A DNA stretch of 64,000 nt, taken from assembly GCA_013239625.1 (NCBI GenBank), contig MU053513.1:1600927-1664926 (forward strand), read 5' to 3'. The position numbers and the translations under genes were made by a program. Positions 1 through 11,991 of this stretch are shown here, piece after piece. This stretch comes from Lama guanicoe. Taxonomy: Eukaryota. The notes beneath the pieces were generated by a model that did not search any database, had not been told where the DNA came from, and saw only the letters and a list, made by a program, of their open reading frames with translations. Numbering within the stretch: position 1 is the stretch's first letter; each line of letters starts with the position of its first letter.

Positions 1-210
1 TAGCATTATGTTGTATTTACAAATATTTGCATAGCATTTACATTGTATTAGATATTAAGAGTCATCTAGAGATGATTTAAAGTATAGGGGAGGATGTACT
101 TAGGTTATGTGCAAACACTACACCATTTATATAAAGGACGTGAGCATCCCTGGATTTTGGTATCCATGGGAATCCTGGAACGAGTCCCCTGTGGATACCA
201 AGGAACAACT
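1..210 (+). mobile_element. MER2-like (TcMar-Tigger) DNA transposon remnant, 3' part, truncated by window edge
   Basis: Resembles the MER2 consensus: tagcatttacattgtattag...tctagagatgatttaaagtat...ggattttggtatcc...ggatacc. Confidence 0.75.
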
Positions 211-253
211 ATACTTTTTTTGACAATAATATATAACTTCAGCGCTCACTATG

Positions 254-799
254 TGTGTTAGTTCACTTTGTGTCAACTTGACTGTGCCAAGGGATACCAA
301 GATAGCTGACAGAACGTTACTTCTGGGTGTGGCTGTGAGGGAATTTCTGGAAGAGATTAGCATTTAGTTCTGTAGACTGAGTAAAGAGATCTGCCCTCAA
401 CAACGTGGGCTAGCATCACCCCTGTCCAGTCGCTGAGGGCGACAATGGAACATAAAGGGAAAGGAAGGGCAAACCTCATGCTTTGCTCCTGGGCTGGCAC
501 GTCCATCTTCTCCTGCCCTGCGACACCCATTCGTGGTTTGAAGACCTTCAAACTCTGAACTTACTGCAGGGTCCCCTGGTTCTCAGGCTACCAGAGTTGG
601 ACTGAATTACGCCACGAGCTTTTCCTGATTCTCCAGCTTGCCCATGGCAGATAGTGGGACTTGTCAGTCTCCACCACTACGTGAGCCAATTCTTACAATA
701 AATCTCCTCTTCTATATATATTTACATCAGTATCAATATACATCAATGTAGGTATAGATCCTATTTGTTCTGTTTCTCTGGAAAATCCTGACTAATACA
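254..799 (+). mobile_element. MLT2-type (ERVL) solo LTR
   Basis: TG...CA ends; typical start (gtgtcaacttgact...gatagctg) and end (tctgtttctctgga...cctgactaataca); AATAAA near 698; 5-bp TSD ctatg (249-253) / ccatg (800-804). Confidence 0.85.
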
Positions 800-2338
800 C
801 CATGCATCATGATTTACCAAATAGGGCTAATATTTTCCAAATACATTTAGTCAACTAGCACTTTGATTTTTTTTCTAGAAAAAAGAAAAGCTTTAGTTTT
901 TCTGAAAATATATTTTTGTGAATTTGGAAATTATACATACACACCTACCACTTAATGCAAATTAATTTTCTAATAATTTCCAAGTTTTTATAAGAATAGT
1001 TATTAGACAGTTTCTTAGCTGCTGCCTTAGAGATATATGTATGTGGCCCATTTATTTCTATCCCAGAAGTACACAGACTGAAATAGCAGTAATAAAGAGG
1101 ACATTAACCCAAAGGTCTGTAAGTTCCAACAGGCTACACATAAATTCTATGTACAGTCTCCTCAAACATCAATATTACACTTAATGCTTACAAATGAAAA
1201 CCACTGAATGTAACAACTGGGGGAACATACTTTTTCCTACATTATTTTTGTGCTCACTAATAATGACCATAAAATTTAAAAATAATGTGAAAATAGAATT
1301 TAATCAGACACTTTTAATAGTATTTTGTTGTCTCATATGTAACCCTGAGAAAAATGGTCGTGATTCTGGCAAACAGAATGAAATTTTTTTGAGTAAATCT
1401 TTTAAATTTAAAAAGTTTAAATGAAATTGTGCTTCCTTTAAAATTATCTTCCCTCAATCAGGTAGAACAACACATCAGAATTAAGCTCACTCAAATGTAT
1501 TAGTTTTGAAATTTTATTTCAAATAAAATAAATCTAATAAGAAATTTAAGACATTTCTAAGTTTCTTACTAAAACACCCATCTCTTTATGTAAGATCTTA
1601 ACAAAGTTTTTGGTGTGTAAATTTAATATTTTTAAATGTCATTAATTGGTTTGCTAAAATAATGTATAAACAGAAAAACTTAATGTTATTGTCATAATTA
1701 TGGGCCTTTAATATGGTAAATTTAATACAAATTTACATTCTTTATCTACAATTATCTTAAGTTCGGGGGAGGGAGAGGAATGAACTCCATCTATAAGTTA
1801 ATTGGAATAATGACCTTTTATTAGAATTTGTCTCATGACCAAGAAAAAGATCTATTGCTGTTCCAGTAATCAAATAATGAGTCAAAACCTTCTAATCAAT
1901 AGCTTAAAAGTGAATTTAAACAAATAACAGTTAAGTTTTAAATTTTGGCAATTTATACTACATTTATATCCCTGCAAGAATACCTAGGAGTGTTTCTCAA
2001 ATTGTAGAGCTATTCCACAAATGTAAATCATGACAGAAATACAGTAGGATATGATCAGGAAAAAAATGAACTAGAGCAAAATAGAAAATATCTGAGTCTT
2101 TGATGTTATATCAAACTTTCATTTTATGTGTATATAAGTATATGAGATTGTTTTCATAGGTCAAAAAATGAGATAATTTCTTAGTGCTATTTTTATAGAT
2201 CAAAGAAGCTTAATATCTGTAATTTCATAGGGTTCAAACACAAACGTTCATAAACGAATGTTAGCAATTAGATGATAGTGCAAAATGTATTCCTACTGGC
2301 AAAGAGCAAACAAAATAGCAGAACAAAACACTACCGTG

Positions 2339-2579
2339 GGGAGGAGGGTATAGCTCAAGTGGTAGAGCACATGCTTAGCATGCAGGAGGTTCTGGGTTCA
2401 ATGCCCAGTACCTCCTCTAAAAATAAACGTAAATGAATAAACTGGGGAGAGAGAGTATAGCTCAAGTGGTGGAGCACATGCTTAGCATGCATGAGATCCT
2501 AGGTTCAATCCCCAGTACCTCCAAACATAAAGAAATTAATAAACCTAATTACCTCCCCCTCATTAAAAAAAAAAGACCC
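2339..2579 (+). mobile_element. Two head-to-tail tRNA-Ala-derived (Vic-type) SINE monomers
   Basis: Two heads (tatagctcaagtggt...gcttagcatgc...ggttcaat; A and B boxes) at ~2339 and ~2443; TSD aaacactacYgtg at 2326-2338 and 2580-2592. Confidence 0.9.
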
Positions 2580-3252
2580 AAACACTACTGTGCACTACAT
2601 AGTTCTAGAAAATAACCTAGTATTTAAGAATTTGTATTTATATTGAATTACAGTATAGTTGTACTCATTTATGAAATTTTTGCAGTTTATTAACTTTTTT
2701 AGACTATTAAGAAGTGGGTTGATATTTGAAAATACACTTTAATTGCTTATTAATATATGCATCTTTTAAAGTTTCTAAGTGTCTCTAATTTTTATTGTCT
2801 CTAGTAACACTTTCGAGGAAAAAAAATGGGAGTGAAGTGAAGAATAATAGAGAGGTAGAAACTGACTTTCTAACTTTGTTCCTTGTACCAATATTTCAAA
2901 ACCATATTATTCCCATTAAATAGTTAAAATTTCAAAGCATTATGAAACTACTACCTAACTTAAACTCCATGCATCATGCGCTATGATTTGTTATAACTGT
3001 GAAGAGCATACATTATTTTTTTCTACCCTAACACTATTAGTACTTAATTTTTTTAGGAAACTTGCAAGGACCTTCCAAAGTTGTTAGCAACACAGATAAA
3101 CTTTTGGCCCATAATTTTTTAAAAAATACTCACTAATGAATTAAGTAATTCATTAAAAAATACATACTAATGAATTAAATTAATTATACGATCACTAAAG
3201 GCAGTTTCATCTACAGGAGGACAGACCTCATCTAATGTCATCGTCATCTAAC

Positions 3253-3797
3253 TGTTAGAGCAGGCAGGTGGCTAGACATAAGCAGAGAAAGGGGGACATG
3301 GGCCAAATGGCAGAAAACCATACATCTTGTGAACAACGGGGGTCCTTGGACAGACCAGGAAAAACAGGATCTTTCAGACTGGTAAGAAATCATACATTCT
3401 GGGTTGACAAGTGTCCTGGAGGCAAAGAAAGGTGGGACGAGACAGGAATCTCCACCATCCCCCGCTCATTATGACCTCCATCCAAATGTAAACTTTTGTT
3501 CATTTTGACCTCATCTGCCTCCCCAGTCAAGAATAAATAAGGACAAAAAAATCTCTCCTCCCCACCCAGGAAGGTGGAGCTGGGATGAAGATCAGGAAAG
3601 ACGACCCCAAACCTTTCCCTGCCAGTGAATATTCTGCCCATTCATTTTTACACACATAGGACGAGCTTTCCAAGGAAACTCGGGGCAGCTACCCACCTTG
3701 TTTTGCCTTCTCTTTCTTCAAGAGCGTATTAATAAATCCTCGCTTTGCTTTCTTGACCTCCGTGTCTCATTTCTGAATTGCCTTCTAGGACGAGACA
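3253..3797 (+). mobile_element. Solo LTR, ERV1-like
   Basis: TGTT...ACA ends; AATAAA near 3731 followed by a T/C-rich U5-like tract; GC-richer than flanks; 4-bp TSD taac/taat. Confidence 0.6.
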
Positions 3798-4729
3798 TAA
3801 TAGCTGTCACCAAAATTACAATCAAAGACAAAGGCTAGTGACTCCTAATCTGAAGTCTCCAGAGTCCAAGGAAACTGCAGCGGAAGGAATAGGAGCAAAC
3901 TGTCGGGTTACTTTCAGTATTCTAAGTCACTTAATGGGAGTCACACATCCTCAAGCAGGCTATTGAGGTTCATTTTTAAAAATCAAGTTCTTTGTTTCTA
4001 GTTGTTTACTTCCTGTTTATTAGTAGCTGACCAACAGTTGTATTTATGTTCGATATATTTTTAAAAATTATTATTATGCAATCCGTTCAGCAGGAAAACA
4101 TTTTTTGAAAAGATGTAATGGGAGAAATAGTAAAATAAAAGGCCAATTTGGTGTAGAAAGATTGTAACCAAGACTATGAAATGAATTGTTTTTACCATAA
4201 TGTACTCATGTTCTTTAAAATTTTTAATTTGTAAATCTTTTCTGTACTTTTATTTTTATTTTCAACTGGTAAGCATTTCAAATTTCAAGAATACACAGGA
4301 ATGTTATCTACTATGTATAAATCAGCAGCCTGAGACCTGTAGAAACTCACGTCTTTTAAAATCTTCATTTGAAAAACTTCAACCAAAGATAAATTTTTAA
4401 TTTAACATAATTTAAAAATGTCTAAGTAAACGTTTCTTTTAATATCATCCTGTCCCTACCTAGCATTCTTTATATAGTACCATATTCTAATAGGAAGTAA
4501 TAAGTGTTCTCCATTTACAAATGGAGAAAATCAGCCTGAAAAGAAATTTGACTGAGGCTCTGTAGCCCATGAAAGCCAGGATCAGAGGCCAACACTTGAC
4601 ATTTTCTACTTTCATTTTCTTCCTTTGATATTATCTTCTGCCTCTTTGGTGTGTATCAGGAAACAATATCAACAGAATTTGAAAATAAATCTTAAATGTA
4701 TTTTTCTTCTTTTCAATAAAAGTTCCCAT

Positions 4730-5085
4730 CTCAGGACTTTTATAATTGCTTTTCCTTTTTCCTTACATGCTGTCCTGCCAGGTCTTGGACAGCTGCTGTC
4801 TTTGCATTATTGAGATCTTAGTGCAAATGTCACTCTTTCTAAACAGGCATGCTTTGACTGCTCTACCTAAGAAGTAGCACTCCTCTTTCCCCACTAGTCA
4901 GTCTCTATCACATTATCTTTTTTTTCTGAACGTTAATGATCATCCAAAAATACAGTATGTTTTAACGTTTTTATTTCTTATCTTCCATGATGGGAACATA
5001 AGGTCTTTAGTGGTAGGACTGTATCCCTAGGACCTACAACAGTAACATACACTCAGGATGCTCGGTAAATATTTGTTTAATAACT
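4730..5085 (+). mobile_element. LINE-2 3' fragment
   Basis: caaatgtcact...; ends tgctcggtaaatatttgtt, the L2 3' terminus motif. Confidence 0.6.
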
Positions 5086-5454
5086 AAGCAAAGGTTTTTT
5101 GATACAGTGATAAGTAAATTTTATTTTGATACCTTGAAAATTTTAAAATAAAAACAGTATGTATAAAATAAAATCCTTTGTTAGAAACCATGAATTCAAA
5201 TATTTTATTTTTTTTTAAAGGCAATCATGGGCTCCAGCACAGGCTGGGCTGGGGCTCCAGGCATGAATGCCCACTGGATGCCCCTACTCTGAACCTGCCT
5301 ACCTGCTGCTCCCTGTGCCCCACCCCTCCCTTCCCCCTCCCTTCCTCCATCTTTTCAAGTTCCCTGTTGCCTGAACCTGGAGCTAAAATCTGATAGAACC
5401 ACCATAATGTTCACTCCTAGACTTCTGGTATTTTCATCTGGAAGATGAAATACC

Positions 5455-6195
5455 CAAGGTGGCGTTGCTGATCAACCAAGACAACGATGGTCTGTTAAAT
5501 ACATGATACCGAGACAGCTGATTATCTAGAGGGAAACAATGAACCTGGAGCCCTGACACACACCATCCAGAAAAAGCACTTCTAGATAGATTAAAATTTT
5601 TAAAGTGAGATTTTTTAAAACCTTGAAAACTTATAGAAAATATAAAAGAATATCTTTTGGACTTCAGGGTAGGTAAAGATTTCTGAAGGCACAAATAGTT
5701 CAAATCATAAAAGAAAAGATTGTGAAACCAGATTATATTAAAAATGAAGAGTTTCTATTCATCAGAATATGCCATGAGAATATATAGAAATTAGCCACAA
5801 ACTCGAAGGACATATTTACAACACATTAATATCCAGAATATATAAAGAACTACAATAAGAAAAGAGAAGCCAACGTTAAGACAGGAATAGTCATTTCACT
5901 AAGGAGAGAACACAAACAAGCAATAAATATGCGAAAAACTGTTCACTACTGGTAATCAAGGAAATGCAAAGTAAGAGCACAATGAGATGTTGTTTTTATA
6001 TTCAGTATATAAGAGGTCTGACAACACTATTATAACTACTTTGGAGAACAGAGGAAAGTATACAAAAAGCCAGACAAAGATTACTGTGAAATCAGGTCAC
6101 TGATTACCTGTAAGGGAAGGAAGGAAGAGGTTAAGATTGGAAAGAGCACACAGGGTGTTTTGGGGTCCTAGCAATGTTCTAATTCTTGACTTGGG
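5455..6195 (+). mobile_element. Old L1 (L1M-type) ORF2 3' / 3'UTR fragment
   Basis: Degenerate L1 motifs gtaggtaaagatttc, aattagccacaaact, atcaaggaaatgcaaa; no intact ORF. Confidence 0.7.
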
Positions 6196-7137
6196 AAGAA
6201 AAACAAGCTAGATTCTATGTGCTCTAGAAGGTAGTATGCTGCTCACGTTCCTGGATGAGACTTGCTCACGTTGCCACCCCTCAAATTGCAAGGGAGGCTG
6301 GGAAATGTAGTACAGCTGTCTGTGTCCACTGCTGCCTCCCCCATGCCCAGAACAGCACCTGACATCTGAGTAGGTGCCAGTCAAAATGTGTTGAATGAAT
6401 ACTGGCTGTGTGAGTTTGGACAAGCAAATTAACCTCTGAAGACATCTGTCCTCTTTCTTGCTTAATGCAATGTAACTTTATACAGGGGTCATTATAAAAC
6501 AACTTTATGGCTATAAATGTAGCATGTGTTCCTTGAAGAAAATTTTTTAAATTTAAAAATAAAATGAAAGCAACACTTACCCTTAATTCCATCATCTCAA
6601 GAGTATCACTTAAACATTTTGGTTTGTATTTTTCCAGCCTTTTTTCTATAGATACACTATAGATAGCATTGTATCCTAATTTTTAAAATTTGACCTGCTG
6701 CAAAATAAATAAACAATTTGAAAATAAAATAAAATTTTGAAGTCATCATTCCATATTTCTCCTTGTTAGAAATACAAAATTTTCAAGTTTCTTAGGACTT
6801 AGAGATCATCTTACTAAACCTTTTATTTTATCACTGAGGGAAAACTAAAGTAGAGAGGTTAAACCACCTCCCCAAGGTTACAGATGTTAATTATTGGTAA
6901 AACCTGATGCCTAATAGTATTCTTCCCACCTCAATTCACTTTCCTTCATTAGTGGGTCATATTTTAAATAGACCAATTTCTAGTTGTATATTATTATGTA
7001 CTTTGTTTCAGTTTATACTTCAGAAGTGAGCAAAAACATTACTCATAAAAAAAGAATAAAGGCATATCCATCTTCCTTCTCCAAAGATATTTTGTTAAGC
7101 ACATCACTACTAGTTTAGGCATTTTAATAGTTGCACA

Positions 7138-7277
7138 AGGAGGGAGAATATAGCTCAGTGGTAGAGCGCATGCTTAACATGCACAAGGTCCTGGGTTCAA
7201 TCCCTAGTACCGCCACTAACATAAATAAGTAAATAAATAAATCTAATTTCCTCTCCCCCAAAACATAACAACAACAA
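7138..7277 (+). mobile_element. tRNA-Ala-derived SINE
   Basis: tatagctcagtggtagagcgcatgctt...gggttcaatccc head, A-rich tail; TSD aataRttgcaca at 7126-7137 and 7278-7289. Confidence 0.92.
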
Positions 7278-7389
7278 AATAATTGCACATACATGAACAA
7301 CTGAAACATATTACAAACAACTTACCTATCAGTCTTTGAAGAAACTTTTTTCAATTTGTTAGGATTTAAACCTTATTAAGCTCAGGTAT

Positions 7390-9650
7390 GAGACAGCATG
7401 AGAGGCTCCTCAGTCCCACTTCCTAGTGAAACTGGTGAAAATTGTTTTTTAGAACAGCTGGTCTCTAGAAATTGTTCTAGTGGCATACAAGTGAAGAAAC
7501 ATTTATTCAAGAAAAGTTAATAAAATTTGGTAAGAATAGCGAGAATCTGTGGTATTTGAACAGATACCCACACTACCTCTCCCTCTTCCAACTCCGTGAG
7601 ATGGAAATTCCACCCCAGACGGCCACAGCCAAGACCGCTGTTCTTCCAACGGGAGGAATTACCCATTCAGAGGGCTAGCTCCCTGGGAAGGCAGGACAGC
7701 AGCATTCCTCATCCTGCCTCACGCCTTGTCGCTGAGGCTCGGTTCTGGGTGAATGTGAGGGAGAGTTGGGGGATCCTTCTCCCACTCCCGCACTGGGATG
7801 GAGGATCTGCCTTGGGAGCAGCAGTGCCCTTATACTGGTTCATGGGCCAGGGCTTCCATGCTGGGAGAGACAGCTGAGGAGACCTGGGGCCACTCTCAAG
7901 TTGCTCCCCACCCCACCAGCACTCAGCTCCTAAAGTAGGGGTGTCGCTCAGAAAGAAGAGCAACATTGTCCCTACCACCAGCATTAGTTAGCATTAGTCC
8001 CAGAGGGAGGAAAGAGACAGGTGGGAGGAGCCCTTCTGAGGTCAGAACAAACCTCAAACAAGATTTCAGAACTATCCTTTCAGAGAAATCTGATTTGATT
8101 AGTTTGTGGAGCAATTTACGGCCCAAGGGCATTGTTGAAAACAATGGAGAATTCGTCAGCAATCAGTGTAGCTTAACAACTGGATGTGGTCAGGGAAAGA
8201 GACAAAAAGAGCCTGACTAAAACCACTGTCATCCCAGGGTGACTGAGCTTACTCAAGGCTGCAGCCTCTAAAGACCAACATCAGAGGCTTCACATCACAG
8301 GGGAAAATGGACTTCACTAAAATATTCAGTCACTAAACAAGTAAATAACAAGTCCTAAAAGAAGATGGGGACTAGTACCTAGAGTTGCTATATTATTGAA
8401 AATGCTTAATATCAAAAAATAAATAACAAGAATACAAAGAAACAGAAAGTACGACCTCTACGCCAGAAAGTAAAAAGGCAAAAGAACTGCCTGGGCAGCA
8501 AACAAATGTTGGATTTAACAGACAAAAACCTCAACGTAGCCCTTATAAATATGTTCAAAGAAAACAAGGAAACCATGATTAATTACGGATGATGATGTCT
8601 CACCAGAGAATGTTAATAAAGAGAAATTATGAAAAAGAACCAAATGGAAAATCTAGAGCTAAAAGCACAACTGAAATAATCAATTCACTAGAGACACTCA
8701 AAGTAGATCTGACGTGGCAGAAAAAAAATTAGCAAACCTGAAGATAGATTGATAAAGGCTATGCAACCCAAAGTATAGAGAGAAAAAAGAATACAGGAAA
8801 ATGAATAGAGCCTCAGAAAAATGTGGAACGCCATTAAGTGCACCAATACATGCAAAACTGGAGTAGCAAAAGGAGAGGAGAGAAAGAAAGGAGAAGAAAA
8901 AATAGTTAAAGAAATAATGGCTGGAAACTTCCCAAATTTATTGAAAAACACTCTACATATCCGTGGAGAAAATACTCAATGTAGCAAGAGATAAATTACC
9001 CATCACTTACAAAGGAACCCAAATAAAATCAGCTTACTTATAACAATAAGAGAAACCAGAGACAGTGGGATAACATACTAAAAATGCTCAAAGAAAAAAA
9101 TTCTGTCAATCAAGAATCCTGGTTGAGGAGGGTACAGTTCAAGTGGTAGATGGAGTGCTTAGCATGCACGACGCCCTGGGTTCAATCTCCAGCAGCTCCA
9201 TTAAAAGATAAATAAACCTAATTATCTACAACCCCCTCCACCAAAAAGACCAAAAAAAAAAAAAAAAAAAAAAAAACAGAATCCTATATCCAGCAAAGCT
9301 ATCTTTCAAAGAAGAAGGCAACATAAAGACATTCCCAGGTAAGAAAAAACAGAGAATTTGTTGATTTTAGACCCATCTTACAAGAAATACTAACAGAAGA
9401 TCTTCAAGCTGAAAGCAGGCGGCCCCAGACAGTAATTCAAATCCACATGAACAGAGAGCCCTAGTCGAGGTAATTGTAAAAGACAGTGCAAATGCATAGT
9501 TCTTCTCCTTTCTTTCTCTTAACTGATTTAGAAATCAATTGTATAAAACAATATGTATATAATGTATTGACTATAACATATAGAAATGTAGTCTATTTGC
9601 CAATAACAGCACAAAGTTGGTGAGTCAGAACAACACTGTACTGGAGGAAT
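7390..9650 (+). mobile_element. Old L1 5'UTR / ORF1 / inter-ORF region, decayed and interrupted by a SINE
   Basis: GC-rich 5' part, then A-rich ORF1 motifs (aagaaccaaatggaaaatct, gaaataatggctggaaacttcccaaatt, agaatcctatatccagcaaa). Confidence 0.75.
9121..9277 (+). mobile_element. tRNA-Ala-derived SINE nested in L1 ORF1
   Basis: SINE head, long A tail, TSD agaatcct at 9113-9120 and 9278-9285. Confidence 0.9.
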
Positions 9651-11456
9651 TTTAAATACTGAGCCAGTCTTGCATACCTAGAATAAGTTCCACTTGGTCA
9701 TCATGTATACCTTCTTCAAACTGGATGAAAATAAATCTATACAACCAGCAACTAACTTTCCAATAATACTAAGTCCCCATTACCTGCTAAGGGTTCCAAT
9801 TTTAACTTCTGAAAAATTTCCTCCAAGTTTTATGAATCAAATATTTGGGGGGAAAAAGCATAAAATGTTTAACTATTCCTGCTGTATAATTATTACTCTG
9901 AAGTAGGCTGTGCCAATTTTCAAGGTTGCTTTAATAAGGGAGTATAATTTATAAAAGCCACGGTAAAATATAACTTCCCCAGTTGAGAGGATTATGGTTC
10001 TGAAGGCATTTGGTAGGAAAACAATTAGCTGAGGAATTTAAGTTGTTAAGAAAAATAAAAGTTTTAGATAGAATGCTAAGCTTTTAGACTCACTAAAATG
10101 AAGGTTGTATTAATTTAAAAGAACAATAGTTTTTAAAACTGAACAATAGTTCGTATTTTTAACTACTAATAAATATTACATAGTTTACCACTCCTTGCTC
10201 GCTAAAAACTTTTCAAGATCTCCCATTCTCACAGCTTCAATGAGATGCTTGCAAATTTATTTTTACTTTGTTAGACATAATAGGCATCTGAAGAAGGCAA
10301 TTAGGAAAAAAAGAAGCTTCAGCTCTTTCCAAATGTTTCATATTTTTCGTGTTTTATGATTCTCAGTTAATCCTATCTCTTGAACCCAGCCATTCCCCAA
10401 TACTAGAGATGAAAAATATACACTTGAGATTTAAAATATTGTGCATCCTTTAACCTATTAGATAAGCATACTAAACATTTCCCAAACTCTTCTCTAATAC
10501 TGAGCTCCCATTACAATTCAATGTCACAACAGTACTTCTGGTCCAGTTTGTTTATCTTCATCTCGGTGCCATCCCTTTAACAGAAACGGGAGTGGAGTTC
10601 TTTGCCTCTAGTTTTATTTCTCATGTTTAAGGTTGCATCTAAAACTTCTCATTTTCCCCTGTCATCCACTTTATCTCCTTCTCGTTTCCCAAATCTCCAG
10701 TTTCCTCTTTATAACAATGGCTTAAGAACTACATTTACATAAACCAAAACTCTAAAAGCTACAGAGATGATGGACCAATAAAATTTTAGTTGTAGGAAAG
10801 AGAGATAAACACCTTTATCAATTAGCTTACTGAGATCTACAGTACTTCCAAACTACTCCAGGTACCCAAGAACCTGATTGAATTCAAAGAGAACATTTTA
10901 AAATCAAAAGTATTTTCATAACTTTAAATAAGGAAACTCTAAAACTTTGCTTTTATATTAACTTAACATTCAGCAAAGTAAAAATTGAGCACTCACTGCA
11001 TGCTAAGGCATTATCAGTATCCTTTAAGACGAGAAAGATATTGGTATACTGTTTTCATACAGCAATGCAAATTAATTTATTTTTACTAGAAGAAGAATTC
11101 TGTATTTAAAAAAAAACAACACTTTTTAATCCAAAGATTATCCACATATCTAGTCTACAAATCATTTTTTTAACTTGGGGGAAAATTGCTTAATCAAGAA
11201 AATTACAATAGATGACAGTGGTTTTAAAATAGAAACCACACCCACTACTCTGACTGATGCTTTTCAGCTCTATCTCTTTAGCCTCATGAGAAAATTTCCA
11301 TGATGTTCATACTTCCCTAAGGAGTTTCAACTGTCATTGCAAGAAGCAAAGTTAAAAAGGAATCATTTATAAATTAGATGGAATAAGACCCATGATTAGC
11401 TAAATTCTCTTGCATTTTCAAGCATTTTCCATCTGCCACTAAAGTATGTGGTTATT

Positions 11457-11991
11457 GCCAACAATTTTATTCTTAGGTATATACTCAAGAAAATTAAAAA
11501 ATTCTGTACCCAACAACTTGGTCCAAAATGTTCACAGTTGCATATTCATAATAGCCAAAAAGCAGAAATAACCTAAATGCTCATCAACTAATGAATGGAT
11601 AGACAAAATGTGGTAAACCCATGTAATAGAATACTATTCAGTCATTAAAAAAAAAAGTATGGTACTGATTCATGATGCAACATGGATGTACCCTGAAAAC
11701 ATCATGCTAAGTGAAAGAAGCCCCCTTAAAAAGCCAAATATTGTTTGACCCCATTGATATGAAATGTCCAGAAGAGACAAATCCATAGACACAAAAAGTA
11801 GACTAGTGTTTGCCAGGGGCTGGAGGAATGGGAAATGAGTGCCGATGGTTATGGGGTTTCTTTCTGCGGTGACGGAAGTGTTCTGGAATTAGAAAGTGGT
11901 TGCACAACTCAGTGATTATACTAAAACCACTCCACTCTACACCTTAAGGGGGTAAACTTTATAGCATGTGAATTATATCTCAATGAAGCTG
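11457..11991 (+). mobile_element. 5'-truncated old L1 (L1M-type) 3' end
   Basis: cataatagccaaaa...aatgaatggatagacaaaatgtgg...gaattatatctcaat; 17-bp TSD taaagtatRtggtKatt at 11440-11456 and 11992-12008. Confidence 0.85.

Noticed and set aside
2339..2525. tRNA-Ala genes (here and at the other SINE heads)
   Set aside because: Acceptor stems are disrupted, and A-rich tails plus TSDs show they are SINEs.
7596..8220. Cluster of overlapping ORFs in a GC-richer patch
   Set aside because: Falls in the decayed L1 5' region; no splice structure or recognisable protein.
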